Origin: Microbotryum violaceum
Lineage: Eukaryota
DNA length: 64,000 nt
Reading direction: 5' to 3'
NCBI GenBank assembly: GCA_001244265.2
Contig: CDLV01000011.1
Location: 1 to 64,000, forward strand
Shown: positions 24,742 through 36,226 of the stretch, in pieces
How positions within the stretch are numbered: position 1 is the stretch's first letter
How the letters are laid out: each line of letters starts with the position of its first letter
The notes under the pieces: generated by a model
Seen by the model: the letters and a program-made list of their open reading frames with translations, nothing else
What the model was told of the DNA's origin: nothing
The model's database searches: none
Position numbers and translations under genes: made by a program

Positions 24742-27700
24742 ATGGAACGGTTCGCCGAACGACTCGGTCTAGGTCGCACCACCACCTTTATCGCCCATGT
24801 GACCATCCATGAACTCTCCCAAGGTACGATCACATCTTCGTCGTCTACAATCATGCGACCACTGACACGCCGTTGATTTGCCTTCCCCCGTTCCGAAACG
24901 CGCCGCGCCACGTCTCTCCGCCATCTTCCACCCCGTCACCGCACCGGTGCGATCGGAAACGCCGTCTCTGCTCCTATTCCGACCAACGACCAAATACCTC
25001 AACCCCGCAGTCCCCTTGGTCTCGGGTCGCTTCAAGGTAGACTGGAAGTACAAGGGCGCTACATCGGACAAAATAGGTTCCGCATTCGACTACCACCATG
25101 CCCAGTCGACCAAACCTGGAGCTGGTGCAGGTGCTGGAGCTGCATCTACATCTGGAGCTGGTGCAGGAGCTGAATCCGGATCCGGATCGGGGACGAGCTC
25201 GTCGGGCCTCGCACCCGTAGCCAACATCAACGATGTTCGATCCCCCATGACTCCGACGCCATCGAATCCGAGGGGTGAACACAATCATCCTTCCAACATG
25301 CTTCATCCTTTGAGCGCATTGCATCAGACGAGAACGGCCTCGACCGAACGTGGCGCTCCTCCTTCAATTGAATCCCACTCCTCGGTCTCGACATCCACCT
25401 CCAGACCCACCCCAACTGCGTACCAAGGAAGATCACCTCTACCACCAAGTACGAGTGGTCACTCGTACGAATCCGACGCGCTCAAGTCGCCGACCACACC
25501 CAGCCTAGGCGATTATGCCAAAACCCCGAATCCGAACCGAACACCTGTCGTAGGTTACGCCCAGACGTTCCAACGACACGCCTCGGGAGCATCGGCACAG
25601 CAGAGTTTCGGTAGTCCGGGAGGGAACGACCGTGATGACCCAGACCAGGATGAAGCTTCCGCAAGTGGGCATGGACGCCGAGCGTCGATCCCGACTGTGT
25701 CGTACGTCTCGGTCGATCACACCGAGCCGAAGGGATCGACGACCTGGGCCCCCCTACGAGCACATACCGCGACCTTTAACCGAGTCGTCTCGTGCCCTGT
25801 TGCAATCCCTCTCAAATCGATCCGATCTCCGTCATCTTCCTCCTCCGTCCCCTCGACGACCACAGCGGCGGCCCCCCGCCACATCCTACAACCTTCTTCA
25901 CTCAAGCTACGCGTTCGCCAAGAAGTGCCCGGCGACGAAGAGGGCAAGATGAAGGAAGTGAAAACGGGTCAGGTCGTACTTGACCTCAGTCAATTCGTTA
26001 CGCTGGCCAAAGGGAAGGAGCCTACGGCAAGGAGGTACTTGTTGAGGGATTGCAAGACGAACGCAACGTTGAGGGTGACGGTGCGGATGGAGTTTCTTGC
26101 CGGAGAGAGGTCCTTTGTCGCGTGAGTCCTTCCAAAGGGATCAGCTACGCGTCAATTCCGCTTCGATGTACTGATGCTATGATCCTCTGGCAGACCACCA
26201 CTGAAGACGGGCCAGATCGCCGCTTCAAACACGAATGGGGCGGCGAGCTCAACGAATTCGCCCTTCAGTCGATCAACGACGTCCCGTGAGTGTGGTCCAT
26301 ACTCCATCCCAAAGATGACGAAGCTGATTGTAACGATGGTGACGAATTCGCAGTGACCAAGGACAACAAGAACGTCGCTCGATCGATCACCAATGGCGGG
26401 AGTATGATGGGAACACCGTCGATGTCGAGAACGAACTCGGTCACGTCGATCAGTACGCATGGTGGCCGATCATCAACGTCGCCAGCTACGAGCTCGAACC
26501 CTAAAAAGGGATGGAGAGTGAGTGCACAAATCTTGTCTGGCGATCTCAGTGTTTTTGTGTTGACCGGTATTCCCTTTTATTTCTGCGCGCAGCCGACGGT
26601 ATCCTCGCAGTGGCCATCAATGTCCCCTTCCGCCGGATCGCTCGGGATCCGACACGAGAGCGAGCGTTCAGCGAACGAGATCATTGATGTCATCTTCTCG
26701 CCCGCCGATCACTGGAAGTCGCCCTTCCCAACAACACCCCATTACGAGCGCGCGGGCCTGCATCAGCAGATGAACTTTTCGAATCGGTCCGCCGAGGAAT
26801 TGAACCATGGTACGAATGACGGTGCTCGACACTCAACTTCGACGAATGGGGACCTTTCTTCGACGGGCGAAGCGACGACGCAAACCAAGAAGGACAAGAA
26901 GACTTGGCGATTCATGCCGCTGAGTCGTAAGATACCCATGACGGGGACGCCCGAATCACTTTCACCTGTTACTCGCTCCGACGATTTATTGGGAACGTTA
27001 CCAGGCAACGGCACTTTACAACCCTCACTATCGCGACAATCGAGTATGCGCAGTAATACGAGTGCGACGAGGCATCCATGGCATGCCGGAGAGAACGAAC
27101 CGAAGCACGAGTCGACAGAGACTGCCGAAGCGAAGGCCCACGCGGGAGCAACGAGTGCGACTCGACCGATCGGAGATCCCAAGTACCTCGATCGAACTAA
27201 GAAAGAAGATTCTTCGGGTTCGTCAATCAGTGGTCGACCGAAGTTGAATGTCGTGACGTCAAGCGAGAGGATGCAGCGCGGTCAATTCCGACCTGAAGGT
27301 GCTGCTGCAACGTCGGGTCAAGCTTCGTCGAAGAAGGGGCCGACGAGAAACCCCTCGGGTACATCAACGGGCGCGTCGTCGTACCGCTCTACGGCAAGTC
27401 AAGGACACCGTCTTTATTCGTCCGGTACGACTTCTTCATCTTCTGCGTCATCCTCGACGCACTCTGACTCCGAAGACGAAGACTCCGACACCTTTGACGT
27501 CGACGATGCTGGCAACCGTGGATTGACTCGAATAGCTCGCTTGGCCAGGGCCCCGAGTTCGAACCCTTTGTACGGTGGGCCGGCGGGGTTGAAGTCGATG
27601 AAGTTGCGCGTTCAAGAAGTTGGAAAGGATGCTTTTGGATTCGGGAGTAGTCCGAAGAAGGCCAAGGAGAAGGAGAGGAAGAAAAAGTTGGAAGGCACAG

Positions 27701-27780
27701 GTACTCGTTCGACGGGCGCGAGTCCAACGGGCACGGGCATGGGCACGGGCAAGTTGGTGTGGAACGAGAGTTGGAAGTAG
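24742..27780 (+). CDS. NT-type C2 (EEIG1/EHBP1 N-terminal) domain protein with long Ser/Thr-rich disordered regions
   Basis: FIAHVTIHELSQ/VPLVSGRFKVDWK, LQPSSLKLRVRQE, GQVVLDLSQFV, RRYLLRDCKTNATLRVTV. Confidence 0.8.
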
Positions 27781-28378
27781 TCGTGTATGTTTGTGGATAT
27801 TCTTTCGCTTCCATTCTTTCTGGGTTTGGCCATTGGAGGTGTAGTTGCTCTGGCGTGCATGCGACCTTGTTGAAATTTCTAGCCTTGTTTTTTTGTCGCT
27901 CTTTTCATCATCACCAACAAGCATAGCTCGATGGGACACCGCGAAGTTCGAGAACATTGGAACGATTCGATAGGTATGGTGAGCATCTTTGACTGGTTGA
28001 CAGCTTCCCATGGTGCTCTCCTCGGTGGTGCACCGCCCGATCGCACGACCAGTAAGGAGCCGAGTCCAGAACTGCGCTCCTTTCGGTGGCCGTAGCACCG
28101 AGCGCCGAGAGAAGCGCTTGGACTCGGTAAGGAGTGAGAATGAGTGAAGCAAGTTGGAAGCAGTGAACTTGATCAGCGCTGAGAAACAGCACCTTTCCTT
28201 GTGAGCCACTGCACTCGAAGGTGGCCCCCTCTCGGACTTTTTCAGCTGCTAGCGGTCGCTCGGCGCGAGTTCGAGTTCGGGAACCCCCACACGCTCGTGC
28301 TCGGCCAGCCGCGCTGGCGCCTCCGCTTCGCTCTCTGCCCCTCTCGCTTGCGTACGACCACGTCGAGATCACCTCAAG

Positions 28379-30324
28379 ATGGCCGCACAGCGCCCTGCAA
28401 TTGATCTGTCGGACTTTGACCCGTTCCATGCTCCACCGCGCGTCGCTTCACCTCGCATCTTTGCGCCCAAACCCGCTCCGTCACCGTCACCGTCGGCAGC
28501 ACCGTCGGCAGGATCGTCATCGTCATCGTCCGCTGGGTTGGCTGCCTCCACCTCGTCATCTGGCGCAGGTGTGCCTGGGCTTCCCAAGCCACCATCCTTG
28601 CCTTCTCAGCCTGTCAAGCAAGGACAAGACCCTCTGGACCTCTTCTCGGCACTGGAGATTGATCAAACACCTTCTCCGACTTTGTTCCCGTCGTCATCGT
28701 CATCACCTGCGTCGGGTGCGACGGGGTCACTAACCACACAGAGCGTTCCAAGAGTCGCCCCAGTGGGAATCACCTTGCGAGATCAGGTGCAGGCTCAAAA
28801 TCAGCGACAAGAACACATCTGGAACGACCTGCATCGTGACCCATGGAGCAGCGTCGCCCCTTTCACATCGGCCTCGACCTCGATCACCCCCACCGAACGA
28901 GACGACACTCAGGGTCCACTACCAATCCCGACGGCGACTCCAAGATCATCCGGGCACCGTCCCTCGCTTTCGGGATCATCCTTCTCCCCGCCTCGGAGAC
29001 TCTCGGGCCTGATGACGGAACCAGCCTCGATCGTCTCGAACGGGTTCGTCCCCTCCTCGTCGACTTCGGCGCAGATGACCAGTGAACCCGTCTCGTTTGG
29101 ATCCGGACCCACCTCTACGACCTCAAGACCCGAAATCGACACCTTCCACCCTACCTCTCCGAATGCGAATTCGTTCGAAAGAACCTTCAACCTCGTCAGA
29201 AAGATGTCCAACGCAGGATCGTCTGCGATCAGGTTCGCTCGGACGACTTCCTCCCGCGCCGGTTCAAGTTCTTCGCCTTCTTCCCCGGCCATCGAAGACG
29301 ACTGGGGCGACTTTCATTCAGGCTCCCCTCACGAAGAACGATCCCACGATTCCCACTTTGACGGTCTGCCCCAATCGAACCGGACCAAATCGCTTCCACC
29401 TCGGCACGCCACCCCCACTACATCAACGACGACATCCCGATCGCGCACCCTACCGCCTTTATCACCACCTACGATCCCGGCGGCCAAACCTGAACATGTG
29501 TATGATCCGAGGGCACCGGATGCGGTGCAGCCGATCACGCTAGCGGGGGTCAGACCGGGGGTCCAGAGGGCGTTGGATGAGGACATTGCTGATGGGGTGA
29601 GTTGAGGTGCAGAGTCGTTTCAACACGACGAGTGCTTCGATAACTGATTCTGTGTCACGATCTCCCACTCGTCCATATTCAGATCCGACCCAGCCTTCCA
29701 CCACGGCTACGCATCTCGCACCGCTGGACTCTCATTTATTCGCTCGACCAACACGGCATCTCGATCGGCACGATGTACGACCGCATGCGCATCGCCCTCA
29801 AAGGTGTCGATGGTGGTGTCGTGTTGGTCGTCAAAGACGTTCAAGGCTCAACGTTTGGAGCGTACGTTAATGAGCCTCTCAAGGAGAGCAATCATTATTA
29901 CGGCGATGGAACCTGGTCAGTTTTTTCCCCCGCTCGTGTTCTCGACCCCTTCCTCCGACCGAAAAAGGAGCACTAACGAAGCTCGAACATCTCCCCCAGT
30001 TTCCTATGGAAAGCTACCCCCTTTTCCTCATCTGACTTTCGCCTCGGCGCGTCGGTTCAATCCTTTCGCTGGACAGGGCGTAACGATTACCTCGCCTTGA
30101 CCGAAACCTCTTTCCTCTCCATCGGCGGAGGTGACGGTAAATTCGGACTTTGGATAGATGGACTTTTTGAAAAAGGGTATACGACGAGATGTCCATGTTT
30201 TGATAATGAGCCTTTGACGAATGAGAGGCAGTGGGAATCGATTGGTGGGGAAGAGGGGCTGGAGGGGGAGGTGGGGAGTAAGTTCGAGGTCGTGCAGTTT
30301 GAATGTTGGGCGGTGAGCTTGTAA
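28379..30324 (+). CDS. OXR1: TLDc-domain oxidation resistance protein
   Basis: LPPRLRISHRWTLIYSLDQHGIS, VLVVKD..FGAYVNE..YYGDG, FLSIGGGDGKFGLWID..CPCFDNEPL, FEVVQFECWAV*. Confidence 0.9.
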
Positions 30325-30748
30325 GAAGGAGGTAAACGGTGGGCAATGAGAATGGACAAGGAAGTTGAGGAAAGGTTTAGTATAATGCATGGGAATCCAA
30401 GGACGTTGTTCCTCATTTTGGTAAGGAGGTTCGGACGTTTCTCGTTATTTAGTTCCCTATTCTGCCACTCAACTTTTTGGAAATTCAGCTTGGAATGGCA
30501 GTGGAACTCGCGTTTTTGAAATCATCTTGATGTGATGACTCCAACAGCGGACGATGTTTGTATTTTTGGTCTCTAATTCGAGCTTGAAGCGACCAATCAG
30601 AACTTGGGGGTTAACGATCACCGTCATTACCGGGTTTCGCAGCCACGCCTGGAGTCGAGGTCGAGCAGCTCCACTTGCTTCCCGCTCTGGTTTCTGCCGC
30701 CTCATCTGCCCTATTTCAGCAAGCCTGAACATCGTTCGATCGTGCAAG

Positions 30749-32445
30749 ATGGCCAGCCTTCCGACCCGGATCCGGCAAGAGTCCCCACCGCTTCTCCTTC
30801 CGTCGAGCTCCGCGCCGTCCTCCTCACTCCGCCTCGTGGCCCAAGCACCCTTCTCCACCTCCGACCCCGCACCCTACGTCCTCCATGTCGTACCCCTCCC
30901 TACCTCATCAGGCGGAGGCTACCTCTTCGCCTCCTCTGACGACACGATCCAACACTTCTCCGCCGAGCTACAACCGCTAAGGGTGTTGAAATTGTCGCAA
31001 AAGGGGATCACGTCGATGAGCCGTGGAGCTGGGGAGGAGAGTACGGCCGTATTCATAACGGCGAGAGATGGGACTGTCACGGGGTGGGATACCAACGATT
31101 TATCCAAGGAGGTTTTTAAACTAAGAAGTGAGTTGATAGTAAACCACGGAAGGTTGCGAAGCGCGCAGAAGGAGGATCGTCGGCTGATAGGGGTTTCTTT
31201 GATGACGTGCAGGTAGTAGTGGAGCCGGACTCTTATGCGCGAGTCAAAGTAGTGATCTCTCTTGTCTTGCAGTAGGCGGTGAACTGCATCATTACGAAAC
31301 GACGATCGATCTGTGGTACGTTCTCCGAGACGCGGATGCGAAAAACCTTGACCTGTTCTTCAACCTCGACGCTTACCCTAATCGTGTCCCCTCAACTGCT
31401 ATCTCATCCAGGAACCTCACCACCTTAAAGCTACAACATACCTATACCGAAGCCCACTCGGATGACATCACTTCCCTCAAATTCCACCCCTCCCCCTCGC
31501 TCCCGCACATCCTCCTCTCCGCGTCCGTCGACGGCCTCCTCAACACCTACGATGTGCGGATACCAGACGAGGACGACTCGGTTCTCAGTACGAGTCAAGT
31601 CGGGACGTCTTTAATTGATGCGGGGTGGATGGCGAGGATCGGACATGCGGAGGAGGTCGCGTCGGGTGAATGGAAGGGGGTGTGGGCAACGACGACGATC
31701 GAGACGATGCAGTTGTGGGACATCGATGATGTGAGTCGTCCTCACTTGTCCGCGTGCGCTATTAATGTTCGAAGCTGACAACCGGGAATTTTTTATTTAT
31801 TTTTTGGTCTCTTTCAGCAATCCCTGATCAAGGATCTTGGAGACATTCGGGAGGTCGCGTTACAACCATGGAGATCGGACTACCTCATCTCGGCAACTTA
31901 TTCCCCCCACTTGGGCGGCGTCGCTATTTTCGTCGGCACGCAAAAGTGAGCAAAAAGCAGAGAATGCAAAAAAGCTAACTGAAAGTCGTCATCCCACTCA
32001 AAATTTCTTCGTTCGAACCCTTTTTTTTGCTTAGAGGTGACGCAGCTTTGTTGAATCTGTCGGACCCAAGGCGGTGGATCCTCGAGCAAATTTTGCCCGG
32101 CGTTGGTGGTCGAACACTTGGGGGCACGGGGCATGCCGACATTGTCCGATGCGCGACGATGAATACCCAGGTCAGTGTACATCTTCATTTTTAACTGCCC
32201 CACGAATCGCTATTTGGGAATGCCAAGCGACCGCCGACTCGATGGAGGAGCTCCCTCCGCCGAGCACAACACGAGCACGGCCGAAACAGCGCGCCGAGCC
32301 GAACCTCAGCTTGGCTAGTGCCCGCGCACCACGACCTCGGCGGCTGACCTTCCGTTCTTTTTGTGGACTTTTTCATGCTTCTGTACAGACGGGAACTGTT
32401 GCTACGGGTGGTGAAGACGGTAGGGCGTGTTTATGGTCGGTGTAA
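30749..32445 (+). CDS. WDR89: WD40-repeat protein, WDR89-like
   Basis: ARDGTVTGWD, YTEAHSDDITSLKFHP..LLSASVDGLLNTYD and a terminal VATGGEDGRACLW. Multiple GT-AG introns. Confidence 0.75.
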
Positions 32446-32708
32446 TGAATCCTCCTACCTTCTTCGCGAGCTACAACTGGGTGTTGTAGGGCGATGACGA
32501 AAGTCTCGTTTTTCTCCATTCACGCATACATTCGACCGACGCCCAAACGCTTCGCTAGCGGCTCGCCGAGCCCGGATGCCAAGAGCTTGCTTTCCGGCCG
32601 TGCCGCGCACACCTCACCCAAAGTCTGACGTCGTTTCCGAAACCTTGTCTCGTCGCAGAGAGACCCTCGATCAGGACTGGTTCGCACAATCAGCTCTTTC
32701 CAGATATT

Positions 32709-32717
32709 TTATCTGAT
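32709..32717 (-). promoter_or_regulatory. Candidate iron-responsive GATA repressor site (SreA/Urbs1/Fep1 type), ATCAGATAA
   Basis: ttatctgat on + is ATCAGATAA on -, an exact match to the ATCWGATAA consensus, ~225 bp upstream of a siderophore-transporter ATG. Confidence 0.6.
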
Positions 32718-32720
32718 CTC

Positions 32721-35435
32721 ACCACCTCGCAGCAGCTCCGGCCATCGTTGTCGCGCGCGCGAGGATAATCTGATCAAGATCTCATCTGAGCGCTCGTGCC
32801 GCATAATCACCGCACCCCACATGTGGCAGCCGAGAGCATGCCGTTTTTTTCCTCGCAAGCCGTCGGTTCAGGCCTTCTCTCCTTCTTTCCCCTCGAATCC
32901 CCACCTCAAAAGGAAAAACAACTTCTCTTTGTTGATCATCATGCCGAGTCCGACTTTGACGACGCTCCACGACTCGCGTTCCTCCGAGTCGTCGCACGAG
33001 GGCAAGCGCTCCAGCTCGGTCGCTCACGGCGTCGGACCCAGCGCCGGCGCGGGTGCCGACCTCGACACGAGTGCCGGCGTCGAAAACATGACCGTGATCG
33101 TCCCTTCCATCTCGCGAGGGGTGCGCAAGATGCAAGCTCTGCAACGTCGCTTGAACTTCAAGTATCTGTCATTGCTGTACGGTGGTTTCGCGTTGTTGGC
33201 TTTCGTCATGAGTTTGGGTGAGTGTCGAGCGAAGGAAGCTCTTTTACCGGAGGCCGTCAGGCCCTCGAGGGAACGAACGAGGAGGACTAACAAGTCCGAT
33301 CTTTCTCGTTCGATTTGCGCCATACGCTCGGTTATTTGATATTAATGTGACAGATCAATAGTGAGTCCATTGCATTTTTCTAGTCGTATGCTTAGAACGC
33401 GTTGTGTCTGATCTTTGCTCCTGTACTCCCCGTCAGCACCTCCGGAACCTACCTCACCACCGCGACGTCGGTCTCGTTCAAGGCCCACTCGACGCTCGCG
33501 ACGATCCGAACGCTCAAGTCCGTCTTCCAGGCCGTGTCGCAGCCGCCGATCGCTAAGATCTCCGATGTCGCCGGTCGTGTCGAAGCCTATGTGATGTGTG
33601 TTGTTCTTTACGCCGTTGGTCAGTCGGAGTATTTTGGTCGTTTCATTACCGTAATCGAGATCCTGAAGAATTTTCTCACTAACCTGGCAGGTTACGCCGT
33701 CGCTGCAAGTGCCAATAGCATCTACACGTACGCCGTCGGCAACTCCATCTACGTCCTCGGGATCACAGGTCTCTTCCTCCTTCAAAATATCATCATCTCA
33801 GAAATCTCGTCGACGCGAAACCGTCTGTTCTGGTCCATCTTCCCCTCAATTCCCGGAACGATCAACGTCTGGGTCTCTGGTAACATCACGGAGTCCGTGC
33901 TCGAGACGACGACCTGGCGATGGGGTCTCGGGATGTTTTGCATCATCGTACCAGCGATGGCGACGCCAATTATCCTTACGCTGACCTACGGTATGCGTCC
34001 TCATAAGAAGCATATCGATGGCACCCCAACCAAGTCCGAAAAGTCGCTCCAGGACGACGAGGAGGACGTCGCTTCAACGATCGTCAACGGCCCGACCATC
34101 TCGGACAACAAGACTTTGTGGACCAAGACGGTCGCCGTCTTCTGGTCGCTCGATCTCGTCGGTCTTCTCTTCCTCGTCGCCGGTGCGGGTATGGTGCTCG
34201 TCACCATCACGATTGCGAATGGCCGAGGCTCCAAGTGGTCGGACCCGCACTGCATCGCGCTTCTAACCGTTGGCGGTCTGTGCGTCATCGCCTTCGTTCT
34301 TTGGGAGGCTTACGGCGCTCGTCACCCTTTGATCCCCTTCTCGTTGATGAGGAACCGCACTGTCATCGTAGCTTTGATCATCGCCGTCGTCCATCCCACT
34401 GCAGGAGGTGCGATCGGTTCCTACTTTTTCACTTTCCTCCGCGTCGCCGCGAACCAGTCCAATACCTCGGCGACTCGTATCGTCAACCTCGCATCCTTCA
34501 CGGGCACGCTCACAGCCGCAGTGGCGGGTGTCGCAGCGCGTTACATCCGTTACCTAAAACCTATCATTCTCCTCGGCTTCGCGATCGAGGTTCTCTCCTT
34601 CGGCCTCATGATCCGTTACCGCCAATCGACGAACTCGCAGGCCGACCTCGCGATGGTTCAAATCGTTCGCGGTTTCGGTGTCGGATGCATTGGCTTCCCC
34701 GTTCAAGCTGCGATCCAAACCGTGTCAAAGCACGAACACATCGCTGCAATCACAGCTGGTTACCTGACCATTTACTACCTCTCGAGTGGTATCGGATCCG
34801 CAATCGGTGGTGGTAAGTTCCCCCCACTCCGCAGTCGAATAATTTTCCCGACGCGAAATAAAAACAGTACACTGAACCGTTCCTCCCACCTTCTATCTTC
34901 CCTTAAGGTATTTGGACGAACCTCGTCCCCGATAAGCTCGCGGAATACATGCCGGACCCAACCCTCGTCACCTCGGCATACCAGAACCCGATCGGTTTCA
35001 TCGCTCGTTTCCCACCCGGCACGCCCGAGCGTCTCGCCGTCGCCCGAGCGCACGATGAAACTCAACGTATCATCGTCATCGCCGGAACATGTATTGCCGC
35101 ACTGGGTTTGATCGCCGGCCTCTTCCTCGAGAACGTCAGATTGACCGACTCCACCTCGATTGAGAGGGACGAGAATGGGAACTACATCTCGGATCGCACG
35201 CCCGGCCACTTGAAGGCCGGAGCGCCAGGTGTAGTTGCGAGTGATGCGAAGGTCGTCAAGAATTGAAGTGACTAAAGAGGCTTGTTTTGGGGTAGGTTAA
35301 TCAAACGGTAGAAGTCGAAACTTTATAGATGTTGCAATGCTCTGTCCATCAATTCCCGTGTGAGCTACTCGGCTGCCCCTTCAGAATGGTAAACACGTCA
35401 GAGTTTTCTAGAGTGCGACTCCTCGTGCGACCCCC
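32721..35435. repeat. Left arm of a ~2.7-kb inverted duplication (partner 38720-41428)
   Basis: Homology starts at accacctcgcagcagc (32721) versus gctgctgcgaggtggt (ends 41428) and fades in the 3' flank near 35435/38720. Confidence 0.95.
32941..35266 (+). CDS. Siderophore-iron MFS transporter (ARN/SIT1/MirB family), copy 1
   Basis: GVRKMQAL, SLDQYTSGTY (via a 7-nt microexon), HSTLATI..AVSQPPIAKISDVAGRVEAY, WRWGLGMFCII, LDLVG, IGSAIGG and ERLAVARAHDETQR. Many hydrophobic helices. Confidence 0.9.
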
Positions 35436-35569
35436 CCTTTGTACATTAAATCCTACGCAAACTTCTCAATTGTTCCTCACCATGTCTAAATTCGACAAAA
35501 AGCGTGCTCGGGCTGTAGCTCGACTTTTATGGTGCAGAAAAGGCGGAAAGGGTCGTACATGACTTCTGG

Positions 35570-35879
35570 GCTCCGCCGACGGGATCACGTGCGAGTGGGG
35601 GTGCATCTCTACGAGTTGCGATTCATAGCCCTGCGAGGCAAAGCGGCTCGACCAGTCTGCGAATTTTCTTTGCAATACGCGGTGACGATGTAGGTCAGAA
35701 ACTAGGCGCGCGTTAACGATGCTGCTACAATGTACGTACGCTCTGCCGATCGGATCGTGGTTGAAGGTGAGGAACGTCAATGGCTGAGCTAGGATCCTCG
35801 CTCCGGCCGGGGGTCTGATCGTCTTTACGATAGCCCGGGACTGTTTTGCGCTAGAAAAGCATCGTCCAAGTAAGGGCAT
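35570..35879 (-). pseudogene. 5' half of a split gene (alpha/beta-hydrolase-like hypothetical protein)
   Basis: ATG at 35879 and a 72-nt GT-AG intron give MPLLGRCFSSAK..QPLTFLTFNHDPIGRAKFADWSSRFASQGYESQLVEMHPHSHVIPSAE. It ends in the 14-mer shared with 41474-41487. Confidence 0.7.
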
Positions 35880-36226
35880 GTGAGGGGACGGGGGCCGAGC
35901 GAAAACTCGGTGAGCTGGATGAGCGGGAGCGGGAAAAGGGGCTATCGCTGACCATTGCTATTACCCATCACGGGTGGTCTGATCTGATCCATTCTAATGG
36001 TCACTTGCTTGCCTGCCCCTGCCTTGGCGCGGACGTTGGCCATCGCAGCCGGCGCGCTTCGAGCTTCGAGTAGCTTCCAGTTTTTGACCTCGCCCACTCG
36101 CACGCGATTCGTCATCGGCCAACCAAGCCGACCGGCCGCACCCCGAGGCACAGCGCACCGCAGTAGCAGCCACAGTTAGCACACCCTTGTCGCTTGGACC
36201 ATCAGAAGCTCACTCCTCGATCGACC

